64,000 nucleotides of DNA, from the NCBI GenBank assembly GCA_049999805.1, contig JBNGIO010006131.1:121884-185883 (forward strand), given 5' to 3'. The stretch is from Folioceros fuciformis. Taxonomy: Eukaryota. Positions 37,998 through 51,050 of this stretch are shown in pieces. The notes beneath the pieces are model-generated. The model did not search any database and was not told where the DNA came from. It worked only from the letters and a program-made list of their open reading frames with translations. The position numbers were made by a program, and so were the translations under genes. The number at the start of each line of letters is the position of its first letter. Position 1 is the first letter of the stretch.

Positions 37998-39752
37998 ATG
38001 TCGCGGCGGGCAGTAATTCTTGCCCTTCCTTTCTTAATTGGCTTGCTTACGCTGTTTCAGTCAGGTAATCTGCAGGGCTTTGCATCTCCAAGTGAGCAGG
38101 CCGTAGGAAGTGAGCATCACTGATACCCAGCAGTTGCAGGTGTAGCGAAGGTGCACTACGAAGAAGGATACAGTGTAGACACGATACTCAAGGGCAATCC
38201 AGTGGGTGTGTTTGTACACAGCATCACTTCACACCCATCAGGCTCCTGGGTGGCTTTAGACACCACACACAGCCAAGTGCTGTTGATCAGCTCACCATTG
38301 TCTCAAGGTATGTAGTGTAATGTCTCTGCCTCCCAGTTTTCAAAGGCACTGTGACAGTTGTTGGGGACTTAGCGGCTCTTGTTCCCTTGACGCTAGACAG
38401 CGAAATACAGGTTGTAGCGGGCACTGGGGAGCACGGGTATTCTGACGGGGATGCTTCCTCTGCTACGTTTGACCATCCCAAGAGCGTAGTGGCCGATGAT
38501 GTGGGCAACATCTACGTCGACGATAGCCAGAACTACGGAGCTATCAGGAAAATTTCAGGTAGTATTCTGCTGAGAGACAGCTTCACGCTGGTCCGGCTCT
38601 TCTCCTTTCACACCCTCCTTCTTACTGGCTTTACTGTGGAACGCAGCTGGGAGAGTAACTACGATAGCGGGAGGAGACCAATACGGTTTTCTGGATGGCC
38701 CGGGCGAAGATGCAAGGTTATCTTCTGATATTGAGTTGTCCATCGACAGAGTGACGTGTGCTCTTACTGTCGTGGACAGGGGGAACAATGCTATCAGAGC
38801 TTTTTCCCTTGACTCAAACTGCTGTAAGCAGGAGCCTTCCAACGACAGTCCTTCAGGCGGGTCCTCAGGAGGTCTACTTTCAGGTGATTTGCATTCGTTT
38901 CTCATGTCATATTGTCTAACCTCAGAAGCTGCTACAAAACCAATTGTACGTCCAACTTGCAGCTCATCGACTTGAATGCTGTGACGTGCAGAGTGGAGCA
39001 TTGTTTGCCTCACCATTGTGGTTGTCACTGGATGTGGAGCAGTCTGTTATAAATCCTTTGTGTCCAAATATCGGGGCTTGGATGGGGTAACAGTCTGCCC
39101 TAACCTTTGTGTGAACATACCACTGAACGTATTTGCCACAATCCTAAGCTTGACTAGTTTCTTGCAGGCAGGGCCTCCTCCCAGCAGTGGGATGTTGTCT
39201 AATGCCATGACGCACGTCCAAAACTTCTACCTAGCGCTGGGGATGGGCAGAAAGGAGCCTCACGAAGTTCCAAGGGAGCAAGCCAGGCTTTTAGGTGACG
39301 AGGCAGACAGACCCCCTTTCAGCCAACAACCCGACCTCATAAGCATGGAGAATGACTATGACCCGAGCCCCCCTGTGGATGATAGCTTCTACCAGTACAA
39401 TGGACCTGTTAGTAAGGGTAGACTACCAGGAGGCGAGGGCGGAAATGCTGGTTCTTGGGCATCGAGGGCTTTGATCGCCCCAGGGGATATGGCTCCACAT
39501 GTAAGGACCGTGGCGCTTGACGGTGGCGAAATCCAGGCAGCAGACGAGTCACCTTACCTCATCTCTCTGGTTGGCAGCGCGGGTAGACTCGCAGGAGCCG
39601 AGGGCGCAAATGCTGGTTCTAGGGCATCGAGGGCTTTGATTGCCCCAGAGGATATAGCTCCACATCCAAGGGCCGTGGCGCTTGACCTTGGCGAGATCCA
39701 GGGAGCAGACGAGTCACCTATCCTCATCTGTCTGGACCGCCAAGTGCAGTGA
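37998..39752 (+). CDS. NHL-repeat membrane protein, multi-exon
   Basis: Signal peptide, YEEGYSV, VAGTGEHGYSDG..ATFDHPKSVVADDVGNIYV, VTTIAGG..GFLDGPGEDA, VVDRGNNAIR, TM segment, low-complexity tail. Confidence 0.82.
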
Positions 39753-42700
39753 AGACAGCAACCGCCAGCTATGATCCACTTTACTGCCCTCGATCTCAAT
39801 GTGTCATCGCTCCCACCGGCCCTCATGTTCAAAGCTTTGAACGTCGATGATGAAGCTAACAGCAGATGGGTACTGTCGTGAGACTTATTGTCGGTTGCTG
39901 ACTCTGAGGTTACGACCTGTAGGTAAACGAAGGTGGGCCCTGCTCGCATCCGTTCAACAAAGTGATGCCTCGGGCGCTGTGACTGGGTGCTCAACTTGTC
40001 CCTATGAGGAGCAGATCTAATCAGCTCGCACGTTTGATCTCCAAGTATCCTGACAAAAGTGACAACCTCTTTACGGTGATCGTGGAACAAACACGCGACT
40101 TTCAAGTCTTCAGTCTGAATGTCTCCCAACTGAGCTATCCCCGCATGCTGCAAATCAAGTGATCCTGTCTGTACTGATTTTATATGTTTGTTTCCGGTTT
40201 GGAGGACGATCTATTACACCAAAGAATTTGATTACACCGTGTGGCGGTAGCACCGCATGCGATGATCGCATTTTGGAAGTCTCGACAGGAACTGGGGCAG
40301 GATTTGGGACTGTCGGCCAGAGCTGCAGGAAGCTTCATTCTTGGTTGATGGGTGGGTTCCCACCCGGCTTCTAGCACGTTCTGTTACAACCCGAGAAGTT
40401 TCATCCCGGGGGATGGTACACTTAGAGAGGGATGAAGGCATAGCAGACGGGACTACTTTGGATCNNNNNNNNNNCTCCCAATTGCAAGGAGGATCGCTTA
40501 GGGTCCATGACCAGTTGCTAAGGATAGAGGTTCATATATGCCTCGGCTGACTTGCAATTCAGGTGCTGCAAGCACATCGGGCGATTGTAGAGGTCATGGA
40601 AGGTCATCAGACAACTGGCTTGGATTGAGGCTCTCCCATCTCAGCGATTGAAGTGGGACTCGCAGCACCGATGGTGGCCAAAGAAACGGTCGGAGGTGCC
40701 AGCCCCACTCCGATCCTTCCTGAACGCGATTCCGGGTACTATGTATCATCAACCTGGTGTATCGTATTAAGAAATTGAAGGTACCGTAGTGGAAGGAGGC
40801 AAGTATCTCTCGAGGCCGGAGGGGGTTACAGATTGATACCTACCCCTGGCTTCGGTAGTCGTTCCAGTAGCGTCTTTCTGTCTCTCAGCGGCGGCGATAA
40901 ACTGCTGGTTCGACACCGAATACTCCTTCGCTGGCGCCGGCCACAGGGATTTCACTACCACACATCCCGGCGTACCTGAGGAGGGCCTGGGAATCCTACC
41001 ACCAGAGAAAGAAAGGGAGCGAAGACCTCGACTACCACGGGGTGGAGTTCACGGTGTCCGACATCAAGAACATCCGAGAGTACAAACTTACGTTCATTCC
41101 TTCAAGACACATGGTGGGGCTAACAGATACTGAGGCATGCATGGTTCTCGCCTGTACAGCGTTTCATAGCAGGGTTGCAGAGAGTTTGCAAAGGCATTCC
41201 AGAAGTTAGATCTGGGTGTATTGTAGAACAACCTTCTTCCGGGACCCGGCCTCCGAGAAATTGTGTGCGCGCGACACTCACTTGTATGTGGCATGCAGCA
41301 GCACAAGGAACATAAACATTACAAGCTCCTTTTATCTCCAATCTCGTATCTGACGCCAGATAAATCTTATTGGACTGTATCTCCACGAGACGAGCAAATT
41401 TGAGAGGACACATCACTTTTCATGACGACTTGTCCTACATGGAAGCTTGCAACAACCGTTGTGTTAAACTGAGAATGGGGAGACTGGAATTGTATTCTGA
41501 TTGTATCACAAACTGTACAGATTAATGCTATGAGAGCATATGAGAGATAAGTCTCCAAGAGACACAACTGTTCATGAACGGGCATGACTGTCTAAGTCCT
41601 AATTCATTCCCCGGTCAGTTTATCTGTATGTGTTCACACATGCTCACACACCCCCTTAAGCGCAAACGAAGAGCTTGGGAAATCAGGAATGATCTAGAAG
41701 TCTCAATGCTGCCAATGCTGCAGTGAATTGTGAATGCTTGATCTTGGCCAGCGGCTTGGTGAGTATGTCCGCCACTTGGTCCTCTGTTCGCACATAGGTG
41801 AGTATAATTCTCCGCTCTCGGCCTTCATCCGCAGGAAATGATAGCATATCTCAATATGTTTAGAGCTCTCGTGAAATTGAAGAACCTTGGATAGCAGAAT
41901 GGCCGCCTGACCGCCTGATTATCGCAACGGATTTCTATGGGTCTGTCATGTGGATAGCCAAGATCTTTCAATAGCTGAACCAACCAGAGACCTTCTTTGG
42001 CTGCATAGCCAAGATNNNNNNNNNNNNNNNNNNNNNNNNNNNNNNNNNNNNNNNNNNNNNNNNNNNNNNNNNNNNNNNNNNNNNNNNNNNNNNNNNNNNN
42101 NNNNNNNNNNNNNNNTCGCAACGGATTTCTATGGGTCTGTCATGTGGATAGCCAAGATCTTTCAATAGCTGAACCAACCAGAGACCTTCTTTGGCTGCAT
42201 AGCCAAGATCTNNNNNNNNNNTAGCCAAGATCTTTCTATAGCTGAACCAACCAGAGACCTTCTTTGGCAGCAGCAGCAGCTTTGATTCCGCAGAGCTTTG
42301 ATCTATGGAGGTTTGTTTCTTAGATTTCCAGCTAACAACACCTCCTGCCAATAAAAATACATAGCCACTTGTTGACTTCCGCGAGTCTGGATCACCACCG
42401 TAGTCCACATTCGTCCAACCTGAAAGTTTGGTTTGGGCTCTAGGCCCACCTTGGTATCGAATTCCCTTACCCTTGGTGCCTTGTAGGTAGCGAAGAATGC
42501 GCTTTACGGCAACCCAATGGGCTTGGCCAGCATTGGAGAGGAATTGAGATGTCAATGAGGTTGGAAGAGCGATATCTGGACATGTATTATGTACAAGGTG
42601 CTGAAGGCTGCCAACAGCCCCAACATATAGAATAGGTTTCCTTTCCTCTGTACAAGGTGTTGAAGGCTGCCAATAGCCCCAGCATATGGAATAGGTTTCA

Positions 42701-45142
42701 TTTACTCTATACAAGGTGCTGAAGGCTACCAATAGCCCTAGCATATGGAATAGGTTTCATTTCCTCTTCTTCTAAGGGGTCTTCGTTCGGACACATCGTC
42801 TTACTAAGGCGAGGTCCTATTTGCATAGGAGTCTCAGCTGGTTTGCAATTAGTCATGTTGAACTTATCCAAAACATCAATCACATATCGCTCTTGATGTA
42901 AGGTGATGCTCCGCTTAGAGGAATCATACGTAACTTGTACGCCTGAGCAAAATTGCATAATGCCATTATTTGTCATGGAAAATCTATGCAAAATTGCATA
43001 ATGCCATTATCTGTCATNNNNNNNNNNAATCTATGCAAAATTGCATAATGCCATTATCTGTCATGGAAAATCTACGCAAGAGTGTGATAGTTATTTTGCA
43101 TCATTGGAGATCATGATGAGATCGTCCACGTAAAGGCCTAACATTAGGATGTGAGAACATATGTTCCTGGTAAATACACAAGCATCGGCATTACTCTTGG
43201 CATATCCTAGTCCTCGGAGGCATGCGAAGAGTTCTTCATACCATTCTTTTCCGGATTGTTTAAGGCCATATAGACCTTTATGGAGCTTACAAACCAAGTG
43301 TTTGTGAAGTGATTTGACGTATCCATCTGACTGCTTGATATAGATCTCTTCCTGGAGGATACCATTCAAGTATGCAGTTTGCACATCGAGCTGATGGACA
43401 TGGAGATTATGTAAAGCTGCTAACGCCAACATAAGGCGAAGAGAGGTTAGTTTCACAACTAGGGTATAGACCCTATCGCATGAATAATCGAATCCATCTC
43501 GCTGAGTGAAACCTCTAGCTACGAAACGAGCCTTCAGTCTGGAAACTTGACCATCAACGTTGTACTTCTTTCTAGTACCCATTTACTTCCCACGATATGA
43601 CGTCTTGGTGGTAAAGGTACAAGAGTCCAAGTCTTGTTGTCACGAGGGATTTATACTCACTATCCATGGCCTTTTTCCATCCTTTTGCTTCGGGGCCAAC
43701 AAGAGCCTCCTTACATGGTACTATGTCGAGACGATTAGCCATATGAGCAGCTAGGCCACGAGCTCTGAATTCCAAATCATGGAACTTAATTCCTGGAATA
43801 CCCTTAGTGGTTCTCTGTGAGGTCTGAGTTGAAGGGATAGGAGCTACTATAGTAGGTTGGTTAGGGTTCTCTTGATTGCTTATCTCTGTTGCTAAACCTT
43901 GCGAGTGGAATTGCAGGTCATTGTTGTGGTCTTCCCTACCCTCTCTCCCTATGAGCTACAAGGAAGGAAGCAGTCCTGGAATGGCAGCAAACTGAGGAGA
44001 AGTGAGGGCTGGAATTCCTGGGATACCTGAATGTGAAGGAGCCCTAATTGGTGTGATGGAATTTTCCAAAGCCTCACGGAATGCAAGGCGGGACCAAGGA
44101 GGGGAAGGCACATTTAGGGGGACCAAAGTGGTGGTTGGTGATGAAAGGGAATTGAGGATCCGCCGGAGAGCTGCTGGTTTGTAGAGCTAGAAGGTGGTCG
44201 TAAGTTTACTTGAAAATTGGGAGAGCCAGTCATAACTGACTGGCCCTGCAGCAAAGCTAGGGTTTGCAGAGGTGCAATAGAGCCGAACTATGGAGGTGAA
44301 GCCGTGAGGGGCATCGCACCTCTAGCAATGGGCTACTTAACAGTGGTTATGATTGTGGCGGGTCCTGCCACAGGGCTGGCCTGCCAATCTAGGTCAAATT
44401 CATCATAGTTAGATATAGCAGGATCTTCCGGAGTCTGTAAAACTGGTGTTGGTGGTGCCATAGGAGGAGAATCTGGAGCGCGTTGAGCAAGGGCTGTAGG
44501 ATTCTGAAGCTAGCCTGCCTTGGATGTGTCAGGGCGGAAATTCGGAGCCGATATTCTCTTTGTATGTTGGTTAGGAAGTTGTACACCCCCTGAAGGCTGG
44601 ATGAGGGAATTCTTATCAAATACGACATTCTAACCTACGGAAATTCGGTGTGTGGCTCGGTCCAGAAGTCTGTAGCCTTTAACTCCTACGCTTTCCCCAT
44701 AACCGATAAAGGTGAGTTTAACAAATCCAGAGTCCAATTTGTGGCATCCTTCTGCTGGAACATGCTTGTAGGCAGGACAACCAAACATTCTTAAGTGGCT
44801 GACTTGTGGTTTGTCGCCTGTCCAGATTTCTAAGGGTGTCTTGTTCAGGATCGTAGAGGTGCCGCATCGATTTTGAACGTAACAAACCATAGCAGCAGCA
44901 TCAGCCCATAAGGTTTCGAGTAGACCTGCAGTGACTAGGGAGCTCTTGGTTGCATCCATGAGGGAGCAATTCCTACGCTCCGCTTTCCCTAATTGCTTAT
45001 GTGCATAAGGCACAATTTTTTTAATAAGCTATGCTGCGTGTAGACAAGAAGTTCTCAAAGGTAGGGGAGGTGAGTTCACCTGCGTTGTCTATCCTAAGTA
45101 TTTGGATGCACTTACCAATCTAATTTTCCACCAGGGCCTTAT

Positions 45143-48100
45143 TGTTGTGCTAGGGCAATGTTGTGATGAGTCGAGTCCTGAGCCTGGCCAGCACCCACTT
45201 GAAGCTTGGGGTTCCAGCTTGCACATTCTACATTTGTACTTGTATCCTAGTGTTGTTTCCCACTACTCTCCATGTCACAGATTGCAGCACAATTTGCTGC
45301 AAGTGAGGACAGTCCATGTCCAGAAAATGGAAGATTCTAATTCGAAGATATTGCAGCAAAGACTTGCAGCAATTTGGGTTTGAAAAGAGCTGTGTGACAC
45401 ATGCAGCTTGGTGAGTCAGTAAGTTACGCCATGAGCTGCAACACTGGAATCAAAGGCACTGAAAACGTTCTTCATCCTGGCTCCCAATTCCAGAGAACTC
45501 AAAAACAGGGTTTGAGCTGCCTTCCCCAAGTTACAGCGCTGCGCGGCGCAACTTCAACAACTACCGACTTCTGCCCTGGCTACCCCTTTTGCCTAGCACC
45601 AGCCATTTTCACGATTCAGCGTCCAGCTGAGTTGGCTTCACGCTCTTGCATCAGCTCTACTCCTTCCATGATGCCTTGCTATTGTACCCTAAGTTCTGCT
45701 GTTTTCCCATATTGGTCAGCAGGGTTACACCAACAACAAGTTGGGAAATACCCAACATGTGTTCCGACTCAACTTGCCTAGAAACATCTGGCTATTTCTA
45801 AGCTAGTTTGCAAAATATCTAGCTAAGCTAGGTTCATATATCCTAGCATTGGTTTACTTAAGACAAAATTTTCCATTCTATTCTAAACAACATTGGCTGA
45901 GGGTTTCTTACCTAATCGGCGGTCACCTTCATGACAGTTGTCGTGCTAGGGCAATGTTGTGATGAGTCGAGTCCTGAGCCTGGCCAGCACCCACTTGAAG
46001 CTTGGGGTTCCAGCTTGCACATTCAACATTTGTACCTGTATCCTAGTGTTGTTTCCCACTACTCTCCATGTCACAGATTGCAACACAATCTGCTGCAAGT
46101 GAGGACAGTCCATGTCCAGAAAATGGAAGATTCTGATACCCCCCCTCCCCAGCTGATTGTGCCATAGTTACAGCTGGTGCAGGATAGCGAGGGCAGTACC
46201 AAAGCTGCTCAGGAACCTCCGAGAGAGGTGGATTGAGACAGAACAAATGGTAACCACCGTTGCGGTGGTCACAAAGTAGCATCAACTCAGCATCGTCAAT
46301 CCTCCTGCATACTTGGCATGGGTAATCTCGAGGAGGAATCCAATCGGCGGTGACAATGGTTGGGTTCAAATTAGGAAGGTGGCAGGGCGCGCAATTCTTC
46401 ATATGGTCTGTGATGGTGCGCCCATCTTACCCTTGCAGTAGCAAGACCCCATTTGGTCAGACCTCCTTGACTCGCAGCACATGACGGCTACTGACAGTGT
46501 CCAAAGTGTCCCCTGTTTGCCGTTGCAAGTATACGAAATCCTGCACTTGAAATTTCTTCAGTTTGGGTCTGAAACTACCACTATGAGTGTATGCATACCG
46601 CAATGTGTCCCGGTGCTGTGCAATGCGGAGATTGGCCATTGCCATGGGCATTACTTGCCAGAACAATGCAGCCCTCTCACCAATAGCACGTGCCCAAGCA
46701 GCAAATCCAAAACTTATGCCATTTGCTTGGCAATAGCACTAGGTGGTATGGGCTCCCTCCCAAACAGCAAAAAGTAGGGACTAAAGTGAGCTAAGGAGGC
46801 ATGTTTGCTGAGCCTGTACCCCATGGCAATGTATGGTAGGGCCAAATCCCACTCTGTCTTGGGATCCGTAAGCACAGTTTCCTCAGCCCCTTCTTGATTG
46901 TTTGCACCATACACTCTGCGAGACCATCGTCTTGGGGGTGGTCTCGGCTAGTCTTGCGATGGTCAATCAATGCTGTATCCAGCAGATCTTGGAATTCTCC
47001 TCGGAATTCAGAGCCCTGATCTGTCAAGCACTCAGCACAACTTCCAAAGCGTGCTAGCACATTCTGAAGGAAAGCCTGCGCTGTGCTTTTGGATGTCTTA
47101 TTAGGAAGGGCCACCACTTTGATCCACTTGTTGAAATGCTCCATCATAACAAGCACGTAGACATTGCCCCTTGGTGTACGAGGGAGTTCCCCAAGCAGAT
47201 CACAGGACCACCGAAAGAACAGACCCATGATGGGCAAAGGCTGTAGCTGTGGATTCTGAATGTTGAAGGTGGTCTTAACTCTGTCACACTCCACACAACG
47301 AGCCACTTGTTGCTTCACCTGGGCATGCATCCCATACCAATGAAAATGTGGAACCAAGAGGCTATAGGTCCTTTTGACACCAAAGTGACCCATGTCGTCA
47401 TGACCTCAACGAATCAACTGCTCCCTCTCAGCTGGTGGAGGCACAAGACGTTCCACTCCGTTACCCAGCCTTTGCAGCAAGTAGTTGTCTCACCAGTAGT
47501 ACAGCTCAGCACGTAGACGGATCCGCTCCTGGACTGCTGGCTTTAGTGACGTGTCCTATTGTCTAGTTTGCACAAAGTGCAAAGTCTCAACATCCTCCCA
47601 AATGTCCTTAGGCCTAGTAGTACTTGCATTAACCTCCAGCTGACCCAAGCATATCATGGCCACCAGGGCTGCCACATCAAGACCCTCTGCCTCATCGCTA
47701 TCCAGATCCTATCGGGTTGCGGTTACATCAACATGACTGTCACTAGGATTCTTAGACAAGGTGTCGGCATTCTGGTGTTTCACGCCGGGCTTGTGCACCA
47801 CATTGAACTCATAATCTTGCAAGATCATAGCCCATCTTGCCAGTTTACCATTGACCTTGGTGCTCATCATCAACCACTTGAGAGGCTGGTGATTTGTCAC
47901 CAATGTAAAGGGCTTCCCAAACAGATATGGGCGGAAATGGCAAACAGCCCACACGGCCGCTAAGCATTCCCCATGGTAACTGCTGTAGTTGGCCTCCGCA
48001 CGGTTATTGCTTCGGGATGCGTAAGCTATAATGCACTCGTGTCCCTCTTCATCTAGCTGTGTGAGGACAGCCCCAAGAGCCAGCACACTCCAATCTATGT

Positions 48101-49874
48101 GCACCACAAAGGCCTTGGAAAAATTAGGTCTGGCCATCACGGGGGCTGCGGTTAGCTGAGCCTTGAGCATGTCAAAGGCCTCCTGTGCAGCATCTGTCCA
48201 GCTCCACTGCACATCCTTGCACAACATATCATTCAGTGGCTTTGCAATTCGGCTAAAACTTTGGATGTATACCGTGTAATAGTTGCATAAGCCCAAGAAA
48301 GCCCTCAATGCTGAAACATTGGTTGGCTCCTTCACTTGCAAGATGGCCTGCACCTTGGCTGAATGTGGCATAACCCCCTTTGGCACAATTCGATGTCCCA
48401 AATAAGCCACAATATCCATGCCAAATTCGCATTTGGCAGGATGGCAAGTCAAGTTTACCTTGCGCAGTCGAATGAATAGATCCTCAAGGTGCTCCAAGTG
48501 ACTCTCAAAGTCCAAGCTATGCACCAACACGTCATCAATGTAACATATCATGTGTGTAGATCCTGCTAAGACCATGTCCATCACCCGCTGAAACGTAACT
48601 GGTGCATTTTTAAAGCCAAAGGGCATCACAAGCCATTCCCATAGCTACCGAGAGCCATGAAAGGCTGTCTTCTTGATGTCCTCCTCTGCCACCGGGACTT
48701 GGTTGAATCCTTGCCGGAGATCCATGGAGAAAAACATAGAATTGCGGATGCTGTCGAATATTTCCTCAGGAGTTGGCATGGGATATTGGTCTTGGGCAAG
48801 CACAGCGTTGATGGGACGATAGTCCCCACACATTTGCTTCTTTGTCCACATCGCGTTGCTATCCTTCTTCAGAGGCATGACTGTTGTTGCAGCATAATCT
48901 GAGCTTGAGGGATTAATAAGCCCAACCTCCAGCAACTCCTGGCATCGTGCGTCCACCATCTCCCACTTCGTTTGGCTGAGCCTGTAACGCCGCCTATAGA
49001 TGGGCTCATTCCTGGTCAACTTGATGCGGAAGACAGTCACATTGTAACGTTTCAATTCCTTCATGGAGAAGGCAAAACAATCCTTATATTTCAGCAATAG
49101 ACTGCGAAACTGAGCCTGCTGCTTGCTTGTGAGCTTGGATCCCATTGTCCAGAGAAAGTTCTCAGCAAAAGGACGTGGCTTGTGCTCAGCTCCAGCAATC
49201 CATGCACAGTCCCCCCCNNNNNNNNNNNNNNNNNNNNNNNNNNNNNNNNNNNNNNNNNNNNNNNNNNNNNNNNNNNNNNNNNNNNNNNNNNNNNNNNNNN
49301 NNNNNNNNNNNNNNNNNTTGAAAGGAGCTGCGTGACACACGCAGCTTGGTGAGTCAGTAAGTTATGCCATGAACTCCAACACTGGAATCAAAGGCACTGA
49401 AAACGTTCTTCATCCTATCTCCCAATTCCAGAGAAACAAAAACAGGGTTTGAGCTGCCTTCCCCAAGTTACAGCGCTGTGTGGCGCAAATTCAACAACTA
49501 CCGGCTTCTACCCTGGCTGCCCCTTTTGCCTAGCACCAGCCATCTTCACGATCCAACGTCCAGCTGAGTTGGCTTCACGCTCTTGCATCAGCGCTACTCC
49601 TTCCATGATGCCTTGCTATTGTACCCTAAGTTCTGCTGTTTTCCCATATTGGTCAGCAAGGTTACACCAACAACAAGTTGGGAAATACTCAACATGTGTT
49701 TCGACTCAACTTGCCTAGAAACATCTAGCTATTTCTAAGCTAGTTTGCAAAATATCTAGCTAAGCTAGGTTCATTTATCCTAGAATTGGTTTACTTCAGA
49801 CATATATTTACTATTCTATTCTAAGCAACATTGGATGAGGGTTTCTTACCTAACCGGCGGTCACCTTCATGACA
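45143..49874 (-). mobile_element. Ty3/gypsy LTR retrotransposon with a PHD finger after the integrase, nested in the Copia integrase
   Basis: LTRs TG...CA at 45143-45936 and (gap)-49874; 4-bp TSD TTAT; RT (YIDD), RNaseH, integrase (GHFG, TDQGSEF); PPT ~46139-46150; gag/protease presumably in gap 49218-49317. Confidence 0.92.
46195..46325 (-). other. PHD finger coding segment at the end of gypsy pol
   Basis: CQVCRRIDDAELMLLCDHRNGGYHLFCLNPPLSEVPEQLWYCPRY: C4HC3 pattern with two Cys decayed (to R and Y). Confidence 0.88.
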
Positions 49875-50894
49875 TTATAGAGTTGAAAGGAAGCAAACGC
49901 TTTAGATTTATGCCTGAGGAAATAGAGGTGGGTGTAGTGGCTACAATCATCCAGAAGGACAAACATGTGCAACTTTCTGTTTAGAGATTTTGTATACATG
50001 GGGCCACAAAGGTCAACATGTACTTATGCTAAAACGCTATTTGTGGTACTTATTGATCTAGGATATGGCTGCGTGTGCTGCTTGCCCATCAAGCAACCTT
50101 CACATAAAGGCAGGTCAACATGAAATCGGCGAGGTAATCCATCGACCATTTGTTTGGATTGCATGAGTTTTATGCCCTAGAAGTGTAAGTGGGCTAGCCT
50201 CAAGTGCCAAAGTGTTGTTTGGGAACTGTGGTTGAGGTGAGCAGCAAGGCTTACACTTGTGGGTTGGGAAGGAGCAGAAACTCCAATCTCCACGAGGAAG
50301 AGTCCCCTTGTAGGATGGCAATGGATCGACATGTCCTGGCCTACAGAGGTGGTAGTGTGGATAACGCACCCATGTTGGTTGAAGATGATGCTACAATTAG
50401 GATTGCAGATTATCTAATTCACAAAGAGCAAATTCTCGGACAGCTTGGGGACGTGTACGACGTCCCTCACACAAGCTGTAAAGTCATGCACCTAGAGTTG
50501 AATGGTGCCCTTGCCCACGGCCATGTGAGGAGAGTCGTCTCTCATGAGGACAGGTAGGGATACCTCAAGTAGTGAGTAGTCCGTGAACCATTCTTCTCGC
50601 GAGGTCATGTGTTCCGTTGCTCCCAAGTCAAGCAGCCAGTGATTTGGAAGGATGGAACTTGCAGCCAAGGCGGAGATAGCAGTGAAGAGGTAAGCATTTG
50701 TGGAAGTGGTGGCAACAGATGTGCTAGAAGTACTTCCTGGTTTATCCCTCTGTTTCTTTCTGCAGTCTAGGGCTATATGCCCTCTCTTACCGCAATAGTG
50801 ACATGTTTTGTCTTTGTGATTAGGGTTGTTGGAAGGTGGTGGTCTACTAGGACCGGGAGTAGAGCCAAAATTTCTAGATCCAGCTTTGAATCTA

Positions 50895-51050
50895 GAGCTG
50901 AAGGAGGAGAGTTGTCTCCTGCAAAGAGAGTTGAAGGAGGAGAGTTGTCTCCTACAAAGAGAGTTGAAGGAGGAGAGTTGTCTCTTGCAAAGAGAGTTGA
51001 AGGAGGAGAGTTGTCTCTTGCAAAGAGAGCTGAAGGAGGAGAGTTGTCTC
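50895..51050. repeat. 33-bp tandem repeat (~5 copies) within Copia gag
   Basis: unit gagttgaaggaggagagttgtctcttgcaaaga. Confidence 0.9.

Noticed and set aside
41920-43075. Repeated segments inside Copia RT/RNaseH
   Set aside because: Mostly abut N gaps; cannot be separated from assembly artefacts
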